DNA of 64,000 nucleotides from an uncultured Planctomycetia bacterium. Its GTDB lineage: Bacteria; Planctomycetota; UBA8108; UBA1146. The position numbers and the translations under genes are program-made. Each line of letters opens with the position of its first letter. Positions within the stretch are counted from its first letter, which is position 1. A model generated the notes under the pieces. That model saw only the letters and a program-made list of their open reading frames with translations. It was not told the DNA's origin and ran no database searches. Location of the stretch: contig CAZSDP010000022.1 of assembly GCA_964605665.1 (NCBI GenBank), positions 11,238 to 75,237 of the forward strand. The letters are read 5' to 3'. This document shows, one piece after another, positions 9,259 through 19,575 of this stretch.

Positions 9259-9355
9259 ATGGAGATTCAGGGGCAGCGGTTGAGATCGCCGGAACTTCAA
9301 TTCTTCAGAAGATCCTCGAAGTGGCTGATTTCGATCGAGCCGCGCATCACCTCGA

Positions 9356-10390
9356 TCACTCTCCGACGGCGAATGCAGCCGATGGAGGGAGCCGCTGCGG
9401 CTGCAGGCTCACGGCGGGGAGCTTCGGGAGCCGGGGAGTGAAGCGCCAGATCTCGTCGCGCTCCCCACTCTTCGAGGTGAAGTAGATCTGCCCGTTGCGC
9501 GCCCACACCGGGTTCTCCTCGATGCGGTCGGTTCGAGTCAGACGGATGCGCTGCTGCCCTTGGTCGGTGATCGCCCATAGCTCTCGATCGAGACCACCGC
9601 TCGAGTTCTCCCCTGCCGACCTTCCGACGCTATTGAACACGATCCAACTTCCGTCGGGGCTGAAGCTCGGATGAACCGCACCCCAGTCCGCTCCCACGAC
9701 CAACTCTCGCTCCCAACCTCGATCGAGGTCGAGGAGGTGGATCGAGAACCACCGCTCGTCACGGTCTCGCGCCCGTTGAAAGACGAGATGGTTCTGCTGA
9801 GGATGGAATTCGGGGAAGAGACCGGCGGTGATGAATCGCTCGGTTCCGTCGGAGAGGGAGAGAACCCACACTTCCCATTCGCCGCGGGGAGACTCACGCA
9901 TGTAGGCGACCCGGTTTCCCGCTGCGTCGTAGGAGGGGTGCAGGGCGTTGACTCCCGCCTCGGTGAGGGGGCGAGGGGTGGCGGCTCCGGTGAGATTCTC
10001 GATTTGATAGAGACGGAAGTGGCCGTCACGGTCACTGGCGAAGATGGCGTGACCACCGTCGGGGGAGACTGTCGGATAGAGGTCGTTGCCGACCCCTTGC
10101 GTCAGCTTGAGAGTCCCCCGTGGCTCAGAACCGTGCAGATAGAGCTTGAAGTGGGGACTGTGGCGATCGGATGAGAAGATCACTCCCCGACCGGCGGGGA
10201 GGGGAGCGGGGTGGCGATCACTTCCGACGACTCCCGAGGAGACTTTGGTCAGTCCGACGAACTGGACCGATTGAGGATCGAGTGGGTTTCCCCCTCCGAA
10301 GATCGGTTCTGAGGAGGGACCCTCATTTGGGGCGACCGAGCAACCGACTCCCACCACCAGTAGCGTGACGACCCAAGTAGAGATGCGCAT
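9356..10390 (-). CDS. TolB-like WD40/PD40 beta-propeller lipoprotein
   Basis: Signal peptide with lipobox VGVGCS. Repeated PD40 motifs (YPTVSPDGGHAIFASDRDGHFRLY, HPSYDAAGNRVAYM, HPSFSPDGSWIVFNS). Confidence 0.75.
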   Translation of the reverse strand: MRISTWVVTLLVVGVGCSVAPNEGPSSEPIFGGGNPLDPQSVQFVGLTKVSSGVVGSDRHPAPLPAGRGVIFSSDRHSPHFKLYLHGSEPRGTLKLTQGVGNDLYPTVSPDGGHAIFASDRDGHFRLYQIENLTGAATPRPLTEAGVNALHPSYDAAGNRVAYMRESPRGEWEVWVLSLSDGTERFITAGLFPEFHPQQNHLVFQRARDRDERWFSIHLLDLDRGWERELVVGADWGAVHPSFSPDGSWIVFNSVGRSAGENSSGGLDRELWAITDQGQQRIRLTRTDRIEENPVWARNGQIYFTSKSGERDEIWRFTPRLPKLPAVSLQPQRLPPSAAFAVGE

Positions 10391-10633
10391 CGTTTCTCCT
10401 TCTCGATTCGGTCGCTCATTGTGACGAAAGAGAATTCCCCGTCATCTGGATCGGCCCGATCTCTCCGCCGCAGTATCACTTTTCACCTGCTCTCCGGCGA
10501 TCTCACGGTCAATTCGGCGGCAGAATGGGCGTCGTAAATATCAAGATCAGGCCTAGATAGCTTGAAATCCCCCCCGAGGCTGCCTATACATCCCCCGCCC
10601 GCGTCTTCTCGATCTGGAAGGGGAAACGGTCGA

Positions 10634-11689
10634 ATGACCTCAAGCTCCGATCCTTCCGGCTCCCCGAACCCGGTGCCGCCACCGGACGAGGAGCCGAAGT
10701 CCACCTCTGTTACTCCACTCGCCATCGAGGCGGTCGATCTCCATAGGAGTTATGGACACACCAAAGCGGTGAGCGGAGTGTCGTTCACCCTGCGGCGGGG
10801 GGAGATCCTCGGATTTCTCGGCCCGAACGGGGCGGGAAAAAGTACCACCCTCCGGATGATCACCGGCAGCCTGGTTCCCGATCAAGGCTCCGCTCGAGTC
10901 GACGGCGTGGACATCGCGACCAACCCGCTCGAGGCTCGTCGTCGATTTGGCTACCTACCGGAGAGCCTTCCCCTCTACTGGGAGATGCAGGTCGAAGAGT
11001 ACCTTCGGTTTATCGCCCGGGGCAGAGGACTCTACGGAGCGGAGGCCTCTCGCCGAATCGATGCGATCATCGAACAGCTCGGTCTCGGTCGAATGCGACG
11101 CCGGACGACCGGTGCGCTCTCGAAGGGGTTTCGGCAGCGGGTTGGACTCGCCCAAGCGATGCTCCATGATCCCCCCGTCCTGATTCTCGATGAACCGACC
11201 AACGGTCTCGATCCTCAGCAGATCTTCGAGATTCGCCGACTCCTGCGAAATCTGGCGGAGGAGCACGCCATTCTCTTCTCCACTCACATCCTCCAGGAGA
11301 TCGCCGCGGTCTGTCAGCGCATCATGGTGATCTACGAAGGAAAACTGATCGCCGACAACCGTGCGGAAGAGTTGGTGAAAGCGGAGGGGGGGAAAGCTTG
11401 GCAAGTCGTCACCGACGGTGGGGAAGAACTCAATCGTTCGATCCAGAAAGAGTTCGGTCTCTCCACCCCGATCCAGACGGGAATCCGTCGGATCTACGAG
11501 GCCAAGAATTCGCTTCCTTCCAGTGAGGCACTCGAAAAAAGAGTGCTCGAGGCGGGTGGGGAGCTGATCGCTCTCCGCCGTGCTCAATACACCCTCGAGG
11601 AGGCATATCTGCAACTGACCGGGGTCGGTTCTCAGGTCGGAGCAGAGATTTCCCAGCAGGATACGAACGCGGAGGGAGGTGAAGGATGA
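10634..11689 (+). CDS. ABC transporter ATP-binding protein (GldA-like)
   Basis: Walker [13 protein letters not shown] signature LSKGFRQRV, Walker [15 protein letters not shown] 10634 chosen over the upstream GTG. Confidence 0.85.
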   Translation: MTSSSDPSGSPNPVPPPDEEPKSTSVTPLAIEAVDLHRSYGHTKAVSGVSFTLRRGEILGFLGPNGAGKSTTLRMITGSLVPDQGSARVDGVDIATNPLEARRRFGYLPESLPLYWEMQVEEYLRFIARGRGLYGAEASRRIDAIIEQLGLGRMRRRTTGALSKGFRQRVGLAQAMLHDPPVLILDEPTNGLDPQQIFEIRRLLRNLAEEHAILFSTHILQEIAAVCQRIMVIYEGKLIADNRAEELVKAEGGKAWQVVTDGGEELNRSIQKEFGLSTPIQTGIRRIYEAKNSLPSSEALEKRVLEAGGELIALRRAQYTLEEAYLQLTGVGSQVGAEISQQDTNAEGGEG

Positions 11690-12414
11690 ACCCGACGCTG
11701 AATGTCTATCGCCGAGAGCTGAAGGCGTTCTTCGACACTCCCATCGCGGCGATCTTCATCGCGCTGATGGTGGGGATGCTGAGTTACTTCTTGTTCAAAG
11801 ACTCCCCCTTCTTCGCCTTCGAGCAGGCGGAAATGCGGGAGTTCTTCGGCCAGATTCCGATCGTTCTGATGGTGTTCGCTCCGGTGATCACAATGCGACT
11901 CTGGTCCGATGAATTTCGGGTGGGAACCGCAGAGATTCTCGGGTCTCTACCGATGAGATCTCTCTCCGTCGTTCTCGGTAAGTACTTCGCAGCGCTCACC
12001 GTGCTCTTCACCGCCCTGTTGTGTACGTTGGGAGTCCCGATCGCTATCGGCATGATCGGAAATCCCGACTGGGGACCGATCGTCGGCGGTTACGTCGGGA
12101 GCTTCTTGGTCGGTGCTTTCTACGTGGCCCTCGGCTGTTGGGCGAGCTCACTCTCGAGCAATCAGGTGGTCTCGATGCTGATCGGGGTCTTCGTGGGGGT
12201 TCTTTTCACCTTCGTGCTGACCCCCAAGGCCGCGGCGATGGTCTCCTCTGAAAGCGTCATCTTGGCCCGCTGGATCGAGAACCTCGGAGTGATTTCCCAC
12301 TTCAGCAGTATCGAGCGGGGGGTGATCGCCCTCAGTGATGCGATCTACTTTATCTCAGGCTCCATCTTCTTCCTGGTGCTCAATGTGCTCCAGGTCGAGT
12401 GGAAACGCTACTAG
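11686..12414 (+). CDS. ABC-2 type permease (GldF-like)
   Basis: 6-TM hydrophobic profile. Overlaps the ATPase stop by 4 nt (translational coupling). Confidence 0.8.
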   Translation: MNPTLNVYRRELKAFFDTPIAAIFIALMVGMLSYFLFKDSPFFAFEQAEMREFFGQIPIVLMVFAPVITMRLWSDEFRVGTAEILGSLPMRSLSVVLGKYFAALTVLFTALLCTLGVPIAIGMIGNPDWGPIVGGYVGSFLVGAFYVALGCWASSLSSNQVVSMLIGVFVGVLFTFVLTPKAAAMVSSESVILARWIENLGVISHFSSIERGVIALSDAIYFISGSIFFLVLNVLQVEWKRY

Positions 12415-12427
12415 GGGGGAGGGATCG

Positions 12428-14392
12428 ATGCAGAGTCAATCATTTGTCGCCCGTTGGTCTCTATTCCTGGTCTTGTTGGTCGGGGTGTTGGTCTTCATCA
12501 ACTTGCTTTCCGCCCGATTCGATCGGCGGATCGATCTGACCGAAGCAAAACTTCACACGATCTCGCCGGAGACCCAGCGGCTCCTCGCAGACATCGAAGA
12601 TCAGGTGACGATCACCTACTACGCATCCGATGCGGACAGCATGCCCTCCGGCTTCCAGAACTTCCGTCGGGATACCGTCGATTTCCTGCGGGAGTACGAG
12701 CGGGCCGCAGATGGCCCCGTTCAGATCAAGGTGATCAATCCGCAAGACATCATCGATGAGTATGTCGAAGCGAAGCGAGAGGAAGAGCGGGCGAAGCGAG
12801 AAGCGGAGCGTCAGGAAGCGGAGGAAAAGAAGAAGGAAGGCGCGGCGGACGAGAATGCCGATGGGTCCGATTCCGCATCGGAAGATTCTGATTCCGGGGC
12901 TGAATCAGAGTCGGTAGCCGAGGACAGCACCCTCTTGGCGGATGAAGACGCGCGCAATGCGATCCGTTGGGCAGAAGAGATCAAACAGGAGCTGGCGGGG
13001 AGAAACATCCCGGAACTTCGGGGGCGATCTGTTGAGCGCGATCAGTTCTCTCTGACCAACTTCTACTCTTCGATCGAGATTCAATACCTCGACCGGCCAG
13101 TGGAGATGATTCGGCTCCATCAAAGTCTGGAGGGGCTGGAATTCGAGCTCACCAGTCGGATCGCAAAGCTCACGGTGCAGTCGAAGCCGAAGATCGCGGT
13201 CTTCCTCGGGAAGCCCGATGACATCATGCAACTGCCCCCCAACCCAAATCTCCCGCCCGGTCAACCTCCGGAGACGATGAGTGTCTATCAGCCCTTCATC
13301 CGCGATGTGTTGATGGAACAATTCGATGTCGTGGTGATCGAGCTCACCGAAAGTTCTCCGATCCCGGAGGATGCGCAGGTGTTGATCGTGGCGCAGCCCG
13401 ACCAGCTGACGCAACGACAGCTCTATGAGATCGACCGTTCCGTTGTTCGGGGGCGACCCACCTTGATTCTCGCTTCGCATACCTCGGGTGGACTCGACGA
13501 CCCAGCGCTACCGATCTCACCTCTCATACCCGGGCTCGACCCTCTCTTCGAGAAGTGGGGGCTCTCCTTCGGTCGCGACATGATCAGCTCGCTGCAGTGT
13601 GGGTTCATCGAGATCGTGCGAAATGTGGGAATCACGATGCGTCAACGAGTTCCGCTGCCCCTCTGTCCCCAGGTTCAGGGGCGCGGCTTGAACCAAGAGA
13701 GTCCGCTGACTCAGGGACTCTCCGCCTTGGTTTTCCCCTTCTCCTCAGAGATCAGACCGAATCCTCTCGTCCTCGAGAACAACGGGATGGTCCTCACCCC
13801 ACTGGCAACCACCGCGGTCAACTCCTGGCTTTCTCCCTTCCGCCCGCAGTTGCAGCGGGGGATGGTCGATCCACCCGGCACCCCGAGCGCTCGCAGTGAA
13901 TTCATCGTGGGGGCACTCCTCGAAGGAGAGTTTCCTTCGGCGTTCACCGCTGGGGATCCCCTTCCCAGCTGGGACGCTGATGCGGGAACGAGCGTCGAGG
14001 GAGAAGACGGTGAGACGCCGACGGTAGAGGTGATTCCCGAAGCGAATCGAAGTCCGGGGCGGGTGATCCTCCTCGGCTCCGCAGATATCGGGAAGTACGC
14101 GTCACTCTTTCTGTACCGAGACGCGACGAGCAACTTACCCTTCCTCTTGGGTTGTGTCGAAGCGCTCGCGCTCGGGCAAGACCTCCTCAAGATTCGCGCC
14201 AAGAAGCAGATTCCGCGGCCACTGGTGGTGACCACCGCGTCCCAACGCTGGTGGACCTCGTACGGGAATATCCTGGTGATTCCGTTGTGCATCCTCTTCC
14301 TGGCCTTGTTCCGCAACAGCTTGCGGCGAGCGGCATCTCGACGCTACGAGATCCGTTACGAGCGAGAGGAGGCTTCGCGCCATGCCCAGTAA
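12428..14392 (+). CDS. GldG-like ABC-transporter auxiliary protein with an acidic/Lys-rich insert
   Basis: N-terminal TM plus ...TEAKLHTISPETQRLLADIEDQVTITYYAS... typical of the Gldg family. C-terminal TM. Preceded by an ABC ATPase and permease. Confidence 0.75.
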   Translation: MQSQSFVARWSLFLVLLVGVLVFINLLSARFDRRIDLTEAKLHTISPETQRLLADIEDQVTITYYASDADSMPSGFQNFRRDTVDFLREYERAADGPVQIKVINPQDIIDEYVEAKREEERAKREAERQEAEEKKKEGAADENADGSDSASEDSDSGAESESVAEDSTLLADEDARNAIRWAEEIKQELAGRNIPELRGRSVERDQFSLTNFYSSIEIQYLDRPVEMIRLHQSLEGLEFELTSRIAKLTVQSKPKIAVFLGKPDDIMQLPPNPNLPPGQPPETMSVYQPFIRDVLMEQFDVVVIELTESSPIPEDAQVLIVAQPDQLTQRQLYEIDRSVVRGRPTLILASHTSGGLDDPALPISPLIPGLDPLFEKWGLSFGRDMISSLQCGFIEIVRNVGITMRQRVPLPLCPQVQGRGLNQESPLTQGLSALVFPFSSEIRPNPLVLENNGMVLTPLATTAVNSWLSPFRPQLQRGMVDPPGTPSARSEFIVGALLEGEFPSAFTAGDPLPSWDADAGTSVEGEDGETPTVEVIPEANRSPGRVILLGSADIGKYASLFLYRDATSNLPFLLGCVEALALGQDLLKIRAKKQIPRPLVVTTASQRWWTSYGNILVIPLCILFLALFRNSLRRAASRRYEIRYEREEASRHAQ

Positions 14393-15434
14393 TCGATCGA
14401 TCAATCTTCTCGCCCTCTTGTTGGTGGTCTTCGGTCTCACCTATCTTCTGACCAGTGATCCGAAGGTGGCGGGTCGGGAGCCTCCTCCCGATGCGATTTC
14501 ACGACTGGAGACGGTCGATGCCTCTACTGTGAACGCGATCGAGATCTCCCAAGGAGGTGACTCTGTCTCCATCGAGCGCGATGGGGATGGTTGGGTGGCG
14601 ACCTCTCGCTTTGGAGTTGCCGCCGATCCGGTCAAAGTGAGCACCTTGATCGATCTGATCTTGCTGATTTCGTCGGGTCAGAAGCGCGCTTCCAGCGATG
14701 CGGCGCATCGATCGTTCGAAGTCGACGCAGAGAAAGGCTATCGCATTCAGTTGCGAGGAGAGGGAGAGGGACTTCCGATCGATGTCACCATCGGAAAAGT
14801 CGATGGATTCGACCGGGTCTACGTGAGATTCGATGACGGAGCCGACGTCTATTCGGTCCTTCCAAACCTCCGATATGGAGCGGGGCTTTCGCCGAAATTT
14901 CTCATCGATGATTGGCTCGATCGGATCGTATTGGCGATCCCCGAAGAGGCTGAGATCGCCTCCTTTCGCTTCGAAACCGAAGATCGATCGATCCTCCTCG
15001 AGCATCTCGAAACAGAGACGAAGACTCCTGACGGAGAATCGGCGACCACCGTCAACTGGACCGTCACCGAACCGGAAACCTTCGAAGCGGATCCCGCCAT
15101 CGTGCGTGGTCTGGTGAGCAACGTTCAGCAGGTGCGGGCGAACACGGTGGTCGATCCCGCCAAGGTTTCTGAGACCGGTCTCGAGTCGCCGACCGGCCTT
15201 CTGACGATTTCACTGAAGAATGGTGAGACGAAGGTGCTCGAGTTCGGTGGTGAAGGAGAGATCGTAGGGGGGCAGAAGGTGACCTACGGTCGTCTCCGTG
15301 GAGATCCGCGGATCTTTGGGTTGCCGATTTGGACCGCGACCAACTTGTTGAAGACGGTCGATCAGCTGCGCCCCGCGCCTCCTGAACCGGTCGATCCACC
15401 GCAGGAGGCGACACCTGCTCCACCAGGAGGGTGA
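14382..15434 (+). CDS. DUF4340-like protein (frequent partner of GldG)
   Basis: N-terminal TM. Repeated beta-rich modules. Overlaps the gldG-like stop. Conserved neighbourhood (established knowledge). Confidence 0.6.
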   Translation: MPSNRSINLLALLLVVFGLTYLLTSDPKVAGREPPPDAISRLETVDASTVNAIEISQGGDSVSIERDGDGWVATSRFGVAADPVKVSTLIDLILLISSGQKRASSDAAHRSFEVDAEKGYRIQLRGEGEGLPIDVTIGKVDGFDRVYVRFDDGADVYSVLPNLRYGAGLSPKFLIDDWLDRIVLAIPEEAEIASFRFETEDRSILLEHLETETKTPDGESATTVNWTVTEPETFEADPAIVRGLVSNVQQVRANTVVDPAKVSETGLESPTGLLTISLKNGETKVLEFGGEGEIVGGQKVTYGRLRGDPRIFGLPIWTATNLLKTVDQLRPAPPEPVDPPQEATPAPPGG

Positions 15435-15520
15435 TCCTCCTCGCGACGTCGCTGGTCGACGATGGAGAAAGGGCCGCGATCGGGTGTCGATCGCGGCCCT
15501 TTTTTCGTCGGAAAGTGCGG

Positions 15521-16135
15521 TCACCACCGCATCAGATCGAGGAGGACTCCGTAGGTTCCCCCGATCAAGATTCCCGCGTCGCGTTGGTCCGATTGATGAC
15601 CGATGATTCCCCCCAAGGTTCCGAACAAGAGGGTGTTGGTCGGGAATGAATGGCGCTCGTGCGGCGATCGCACCACGTAGCAATCGTAGTTGGGGTGATA
15701 AGAGGGAGGGATCTCCAAGAAGGGGGAGTATCCCGGCCCGATCGTGGTCCAGATCCGTTCATCGGGGAGAAGACCTCTTTCGATGACACGTTGTGAGTTT
15801 CCGGCGGCGTGCGGTGAGTGTTGGAAGGCATCTCCGAATGGTGACGCCGGCGGAGTTACAGAGCCTTGCGGAGTGGCGATCGTGCTCGGCGTAGAGAGGT
15901 GTTCCTTGATGTACTGAGCCCGCGCGTCTTCCGTCATCTCCGCGAGGGGGCGCTGGGTGTAATCGTAGCTCAACTGACGCGGCGGAATCGCCGGCAGGGT
16001 AGTGAGCGTGCTCTCATCTCGTTGTGGCGCGGGAGCTGGATTGCTGTGACAGCCGCTCAGCATGATGCTCACGAGTAGAACCATGAGCAGTGAGAAGATC
16101 GATCGGTGCTGCGGGTGAATTCGAGGTTGCTTCAT
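15521..16135 (-). CDS. Lipoprotein with C-terminal glycine-zipper (GxxxG) segment
   Basis: Signal peptide plus lipobox LSGC. C-terminus GTLGGIIGHQSDQRDAGILIGGTYGVLLDL is glycine-zipper-like. Confidence 0.5.
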   Translation of the reverse strand: MKQPRIHPQHRSIFSLLMVLLVSIMLSGCHSNPAPAPQRDESTLTTLPAIPPRQLSYDYTQRPLAEMTEDARAQYIKEHLSTPSTIATPQGSVTPPASPFGDAFQHSPHAAGNSQRVIERGLLPDERIWTTIGPGYSPFLEIPPSYHPNYDCYVVRSPHERHSFPTNTLLFGTLGGIIGHQSDQRDAGILIGGTYGVLLDLMRW

Positions 16136-16269
16136 CGATGGCCTCCTTCAGGAAGCGGTGGCGACAGGTCGAGTCGATCAGAAATCCCAGATCAGCGAAC
16201 TTCCGCTGCTTCGGGAGCCGGCGACGCGCGCCGATGGCAGTGGCGCCTCCGATTCTATCTTCGGAAAGA

Positions 16270-16683
16270 TCAGTGCTGAACTCCTGGCCTCATTTGGACT
16301 CGGTACTCGGTGGCCCCCTCCGCGATCGATTCTCGACGGACGGTGCGGCTTCCATACTCGGGGACCAGGACGTTCTCCCACGGCGGATTTCCTTCCAGGG
16401 ACTCTCCATCACCGTTGAAGAAGGTGGTTTGGACCAAGATGTGGACCGGCTCACCGGTGCGGTTGACGATGGTCGCCTGGGCGATCAGTTGACCCGCCTC
16501 ATTCCACCGCGGTGCTTGCGTCTCGACCTCGAGCGCTCGCGCGAGCTCGGAGTCATTGACGCTGGTTCGGGGATCGGCGACCCCCTGACAGCCCACGGTG
16601 GCGGCGATGGCAAGGATCGCGACCAGGAGCGATCCACCCTTTCTTCCGATCGATGTCACCGGACGGAAACGAAACCTCTTCAT
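16270..16683 (-). CDS. Small lipoprotein, YcfL (DUF1425)-like
   Basis: Internal start MKRFRFRPVTSIGRKGGSLLVAILAIAATVGCQ (lipobox). About 137 aa. Sits downstream of an LpoB-like gene, as ycfL does next to lpoB in E. coli (established knowledge). Confidence 0.45.
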   Translation of the reverse strand: MKRFRFRPVTSIGRKGGSLLVAILAIAATVGCQGVADPRTSVNDSELARALEVETQAPRWNEAGQLIAQATIVNRTGEPVHILVQTTFFNGDGESLEGNPPWENVLVPEYGSRTVRRESIAEGATEYRVQMRPGVQH

Positions 16684-16705
16684 GGAGAACCTCTCTCGAC
16701 GGTGG

Positions 16706-17914
16706 TCAGTTCCCACCAACCCGTGGATGACCGTAACCCCGACGGAGTCCGGTGCGGAAGTAGTAGACGTTCGGTCCCTCTTCGACAAAGGGGATGTGGT
16801 GCCAAGCCTGACGATACTTGGGGAGTTCTGAGCGATTCGATCTCCGGAAGGTGAGATCGACCGAGTGGAGCCCCGGTTCGACGCGACCGATCCAGAGATA
16901 GGTATGGGCGGGGAGAAGATGCCAGTGGCGGGTATCCGCCTCCGCTCGCGTGAGGGCGGAGAGGAGGAGCAAACCCCCGCCAATCGCGAGTTCGGTATCT
17001 TGGTTCTTGGAGCTTCCATCGCTCAGTTTTCGCAACGCCTCATCGATGATGACGGTGCCTGCAATCTCGGTGGCATCTTTGAACACCGCTTTGCCCCGCA
17101 GAATTCCATCCATCTGACGCCCCCCGCGGGTCGTCGCTTGAAAAGAGACGTCAACGCCTTCGATCGGAGTGAGGGAATTTCCGCCGACTTCGAGACTCAA
17201 TTCCGCTGCTGGTGAGGGATAGGAGAGGAACGTCGCGAGTTCGCCATGAGCTCCGGATGCGATCTTCTGGGGCCCGATGCCGAGATCGATCATCAATACC
17301 GTGTTCGCATTCTTGAGCAGAGCGGGGTCGGCGAGTGGGCAACCGGGAGCGAGCTCGAGGAGACGTTCTAAGTCTTGGCGAGCGAGATCTTCTTTTCCGG
17401 CGCGCAGCGAGAGCCAAGCCTCGAGCAAGAAGAGCGCGGCGATATCACTCTGGTACTGCTTCTCCTTCGAGTCGGAGTCATTGAGGATTCCGTTCTTCAA
17501 CGCAGCACGAGCGTTCTGTTCGTCACCCGCTTCGATCAGGAGGATCGCGGTATAGAGCGAGTTCATGGCGCACTCGTAGGGATCACCGAGGTAGATCTTG
17601 CTACCTTCGGCACCGATGATCGCCCCCGGTTGGGGAGATGGAAATGAGCCCATGATGATTCCCGCTTCGATGAACGCGCGACGGGCGCGCTCATGGTCGC
17701 CACCGACCAACGCCGCGGTGGCGAGGAGGTTGGCGTCGAGCGCTTCCCGTTTGCTGGGGTGCTCGAGTCGGGCGGCAAATCCCTCGATCGCGCCTCGATC
17801 GTCCCCCTGAAGGAATGCGCGTTCTGCGGCGGGATCGGGGGCGGTTGCGCAACCGAGACCGGATGCGAACAACAGCACGAGGAGTCGGTAGAGGTGGCTC
17901 GGTTTCGCTGCCAT
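16706..17914 (-). CDS. Lipoprotein, about 400 aa, function unknown
   Basis: Start MAAKPSHLYRLLVLLFASGLGCA (lipobox) overlaps the upstream gene's stop (ATGA). Helical-repeat N-terminal half. Confidence 0.55.
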   Translation of the reverse strand: MAAKPSHLYRLLVLLFASGLGCATAPDPAAERAFLQGDDRGAIEGFAARLEHPSKREALDANLLATAALVGGDHERARRAFIEAGIIMGSFPSPQPGAIIGAEGSKIYLGDPYECAMNSLYTAILLIEAGDEQNARAALKNGILNDSDSKEKQYQSDIAALFLLEAWLSLRAGKEDLARQDLERLLELAPGCPLADPALLKNANTVLMIDLGIGPQKIASGAHGELATFLSYPSPAAELSLEVGGNSLTPIEGVDVSFQATTRGGRQMDGILRGKAVFKDATEIAGTVIIDEALRKLSDGSSKNQDTELAIGGGLLLLSALTRAEADTRHWHLLPAHTYLWIGRVEPGLHSVDLTFRRSNRSELPKYRQAWHHIPFVEEGPNVYYFRTGLRRGYGHPRVGGN

Positions 17915-18510
17915 CAGCGGTAAGAGGTTCCCCTCTTCCCTTCCTTTTTGACGTCGTACTGACCTTCCCACACGATGGTGGAGTCTTCGGCGTCGATCAG
18001 TTGGAAGGTGTAGAGGATGTAGTCAGAGCGCTTGGAATCGCGTGCCTTCGAAATCGACAGCAACTCCCCGGTCAGGAAGAAGTCCGCACCTTTGAGGTCT
18101 TTCGCAGAACTCGCGGTGAACACCCCTTCTCGCTTCGCGGTCCGTTCCCTCTCGATGGCATCGAGGCGCTCGCGCGCGAGGAATCGAACGCGACCATTGG
18201 TACTCTCGAGCAGCTCCCCCCGCATTTTCACGAGGAGGATGTCGGTGTCGATGACGAAACGAGTGCCGTTTCGTACCGGCTCCAAGACGATCGTCGGGGG
18301 AGTTGTTGCGCGGACGATCTCAGGGGTGGCCATGATCTTCCGTGACATCTGATCGGCGATCGTACGGACATCCGCAGAGTCGATACCGGTCCCTCCCAGA
18401 GAGTCGTCGGTGTCAGGATCGACGCGCTTCGAAAGGGGACTGCAGCCGGCGATGACCGGGAGCAGAGCGAGGAGCGCGACGAGGGCGACGATGAACTTTC
18501 CTCGAGACAT
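17914..18510 (-). CDS. LpoB-like lipoprotein (penicillin-binding-protein activator family)
   Basis: Lipobox VIAGCS. C-terminal ...DYILYTFQLIDAEDSTIVWEGQ parallels E. coli LpoB ...LQMQLMLVQTGEIIWSG, and the central region is similar (recalled alignment, not computed). Confidence 0.6.
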   Translation of the reverse strand: MSRGKFIVALVALLALLPVIAGCSPLSKRVDPDTDDSLGGTGIDSADVRTIADQMSRKIMATPEIVRATTPPTIVLEPVRNGTRFVIDTDILLVKMRGELLESTNGRVRFLARERLDAIERERTAKREGVFTASSAKDLKGADFFLTGELLSISKARDSKRSDYILYTFQLIDAEDSTIVWEGQYDVKKEGKRGTSYR

Positions 18511-18566
18511 TTCAGAGCCTTTCTGTCGGAGAGCTGTTCCACGAGGAAGAGCTCGGTCGATTCACA

Positions 18567-19277
18567 TCAAAGTTCCGATTTTGACGCAACTCGGGGAAGC
18601 GCCTGCTGTTCCTTCGCGGTGTTTCCGATCGATCGGTTCCCGCTGGGGGGGAGAGGATCTCGCGCTAGGGGGCCTCCCAGCGCCGTCACTCGCTCCTGAT
18701 CCCAAGGGGGGAGTGAGAACTCACCGGTGACCACTTCTTCCCAATTGAGGGTGCCGGGGGTCGGCGGCACCAGGCAGCGTCCCCCCTTCAAAATGTGGGG
18801 GCCAGAGCTGCACAAGTTGTTGCAACGTTGGTGATCGCGTCGGGTGGAGACCCCGCGACGGCGATAGTAACCCTCCAGGGTGTCGACCGACCAGGAGCGG
18901 AGAATTCCCTGCCGGTGGTAATCGCTCAGGAGGGTGGAGCTGGGATTGCAGAGGCAGGTTCCCCCGAAGATCCAAGGTGCGGCACCTTCCCGGTGGCCGG
19001 TGCGGTCATTGCAATGGACCAGCGGCGGCGCGTCATCGGGAGGAGGCACCGTTCGGTACGGCAGGGGTGGGGTATTGCGCCAGCTCTCATCGATGGGAGC
19101 TGCGCAGCCCCAGAGGAAAACGCCGAGGAGGAGAGTCCACCACAGCTGGCTGAAATCGCAGAGAGGACCTCTCCCGAGTTCTTTCCAACCTCGAGGCCGA
19201 TGCGGGGAACCTCGATCTTCTGGCTGCGGCGGATGGTCTGGGATGCTCAGATGGCGCACGGCTTTGGTCCGCTTCAT
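18567..19277 (-). CDS. Hypothetical membrane-anchored Cys-rich protein
   Basis: Only long ORF in this gap. N-terminal hydrophobic segment LWWTLLLGVFLWGC. Cys-containing motifs HCNDRTGH, CLCN, CNNLC. No family recognised. Confidence 0.3.
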   Translation of the reverse strand: MKRTKAVRHLSIPDHPPQPEDRGSPHRPRGWKELGRGPLCDFSQLWWTLLLGVFLWGCAAPIDESWRNTPPLPYRTVPPPDDAPPLVHCNDRTGHREGAAPWIFGGTCLCNPSSTLLSDYHRQGILRSWSVDTLEGYYRRRGVSTRRDHQRCNNLCSSGPHILKGGRCLVPPTPGTLNWEEVVTGEFSLPPWDQERVTALGGPLARDPLPPSGNRSIGNTAKEQQALPRVASKSEL

Positions 19278-19575
19278 TTGGAGTTCGTTCGGTAGGCGGG
19301 TCAAATTCTTCCTTCGGGACGGTCCCACCGCAAGGGTTCCGGTGGCTGATCGACCGACAAAGTTCTACCATGAACCGATCGCATCCCACGAGCTGCGGCC
19401 GAAGAGAGGTCGCGCTTCTCGGTCGCTGCGGCGGTACTCCGTCGACTGAGACGGCGATTCTGCCCCTTTCAGTCGGGATGAGAGTCTTTTCATTCATCGG
19501 TGGGAGATCAGAGATTCGAGGTCGGGGAACCGGTCGCCAGCGATCGGGTTCCAGCGGGCCGAATGGGGGAAACAG

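Noticed and set aside
16090-16854. 254-aa ORF on the plus strand
   Set aside because: Antisense to the YcfL-like and neighbouring lipoprotein genes. No signal peptide or domain.
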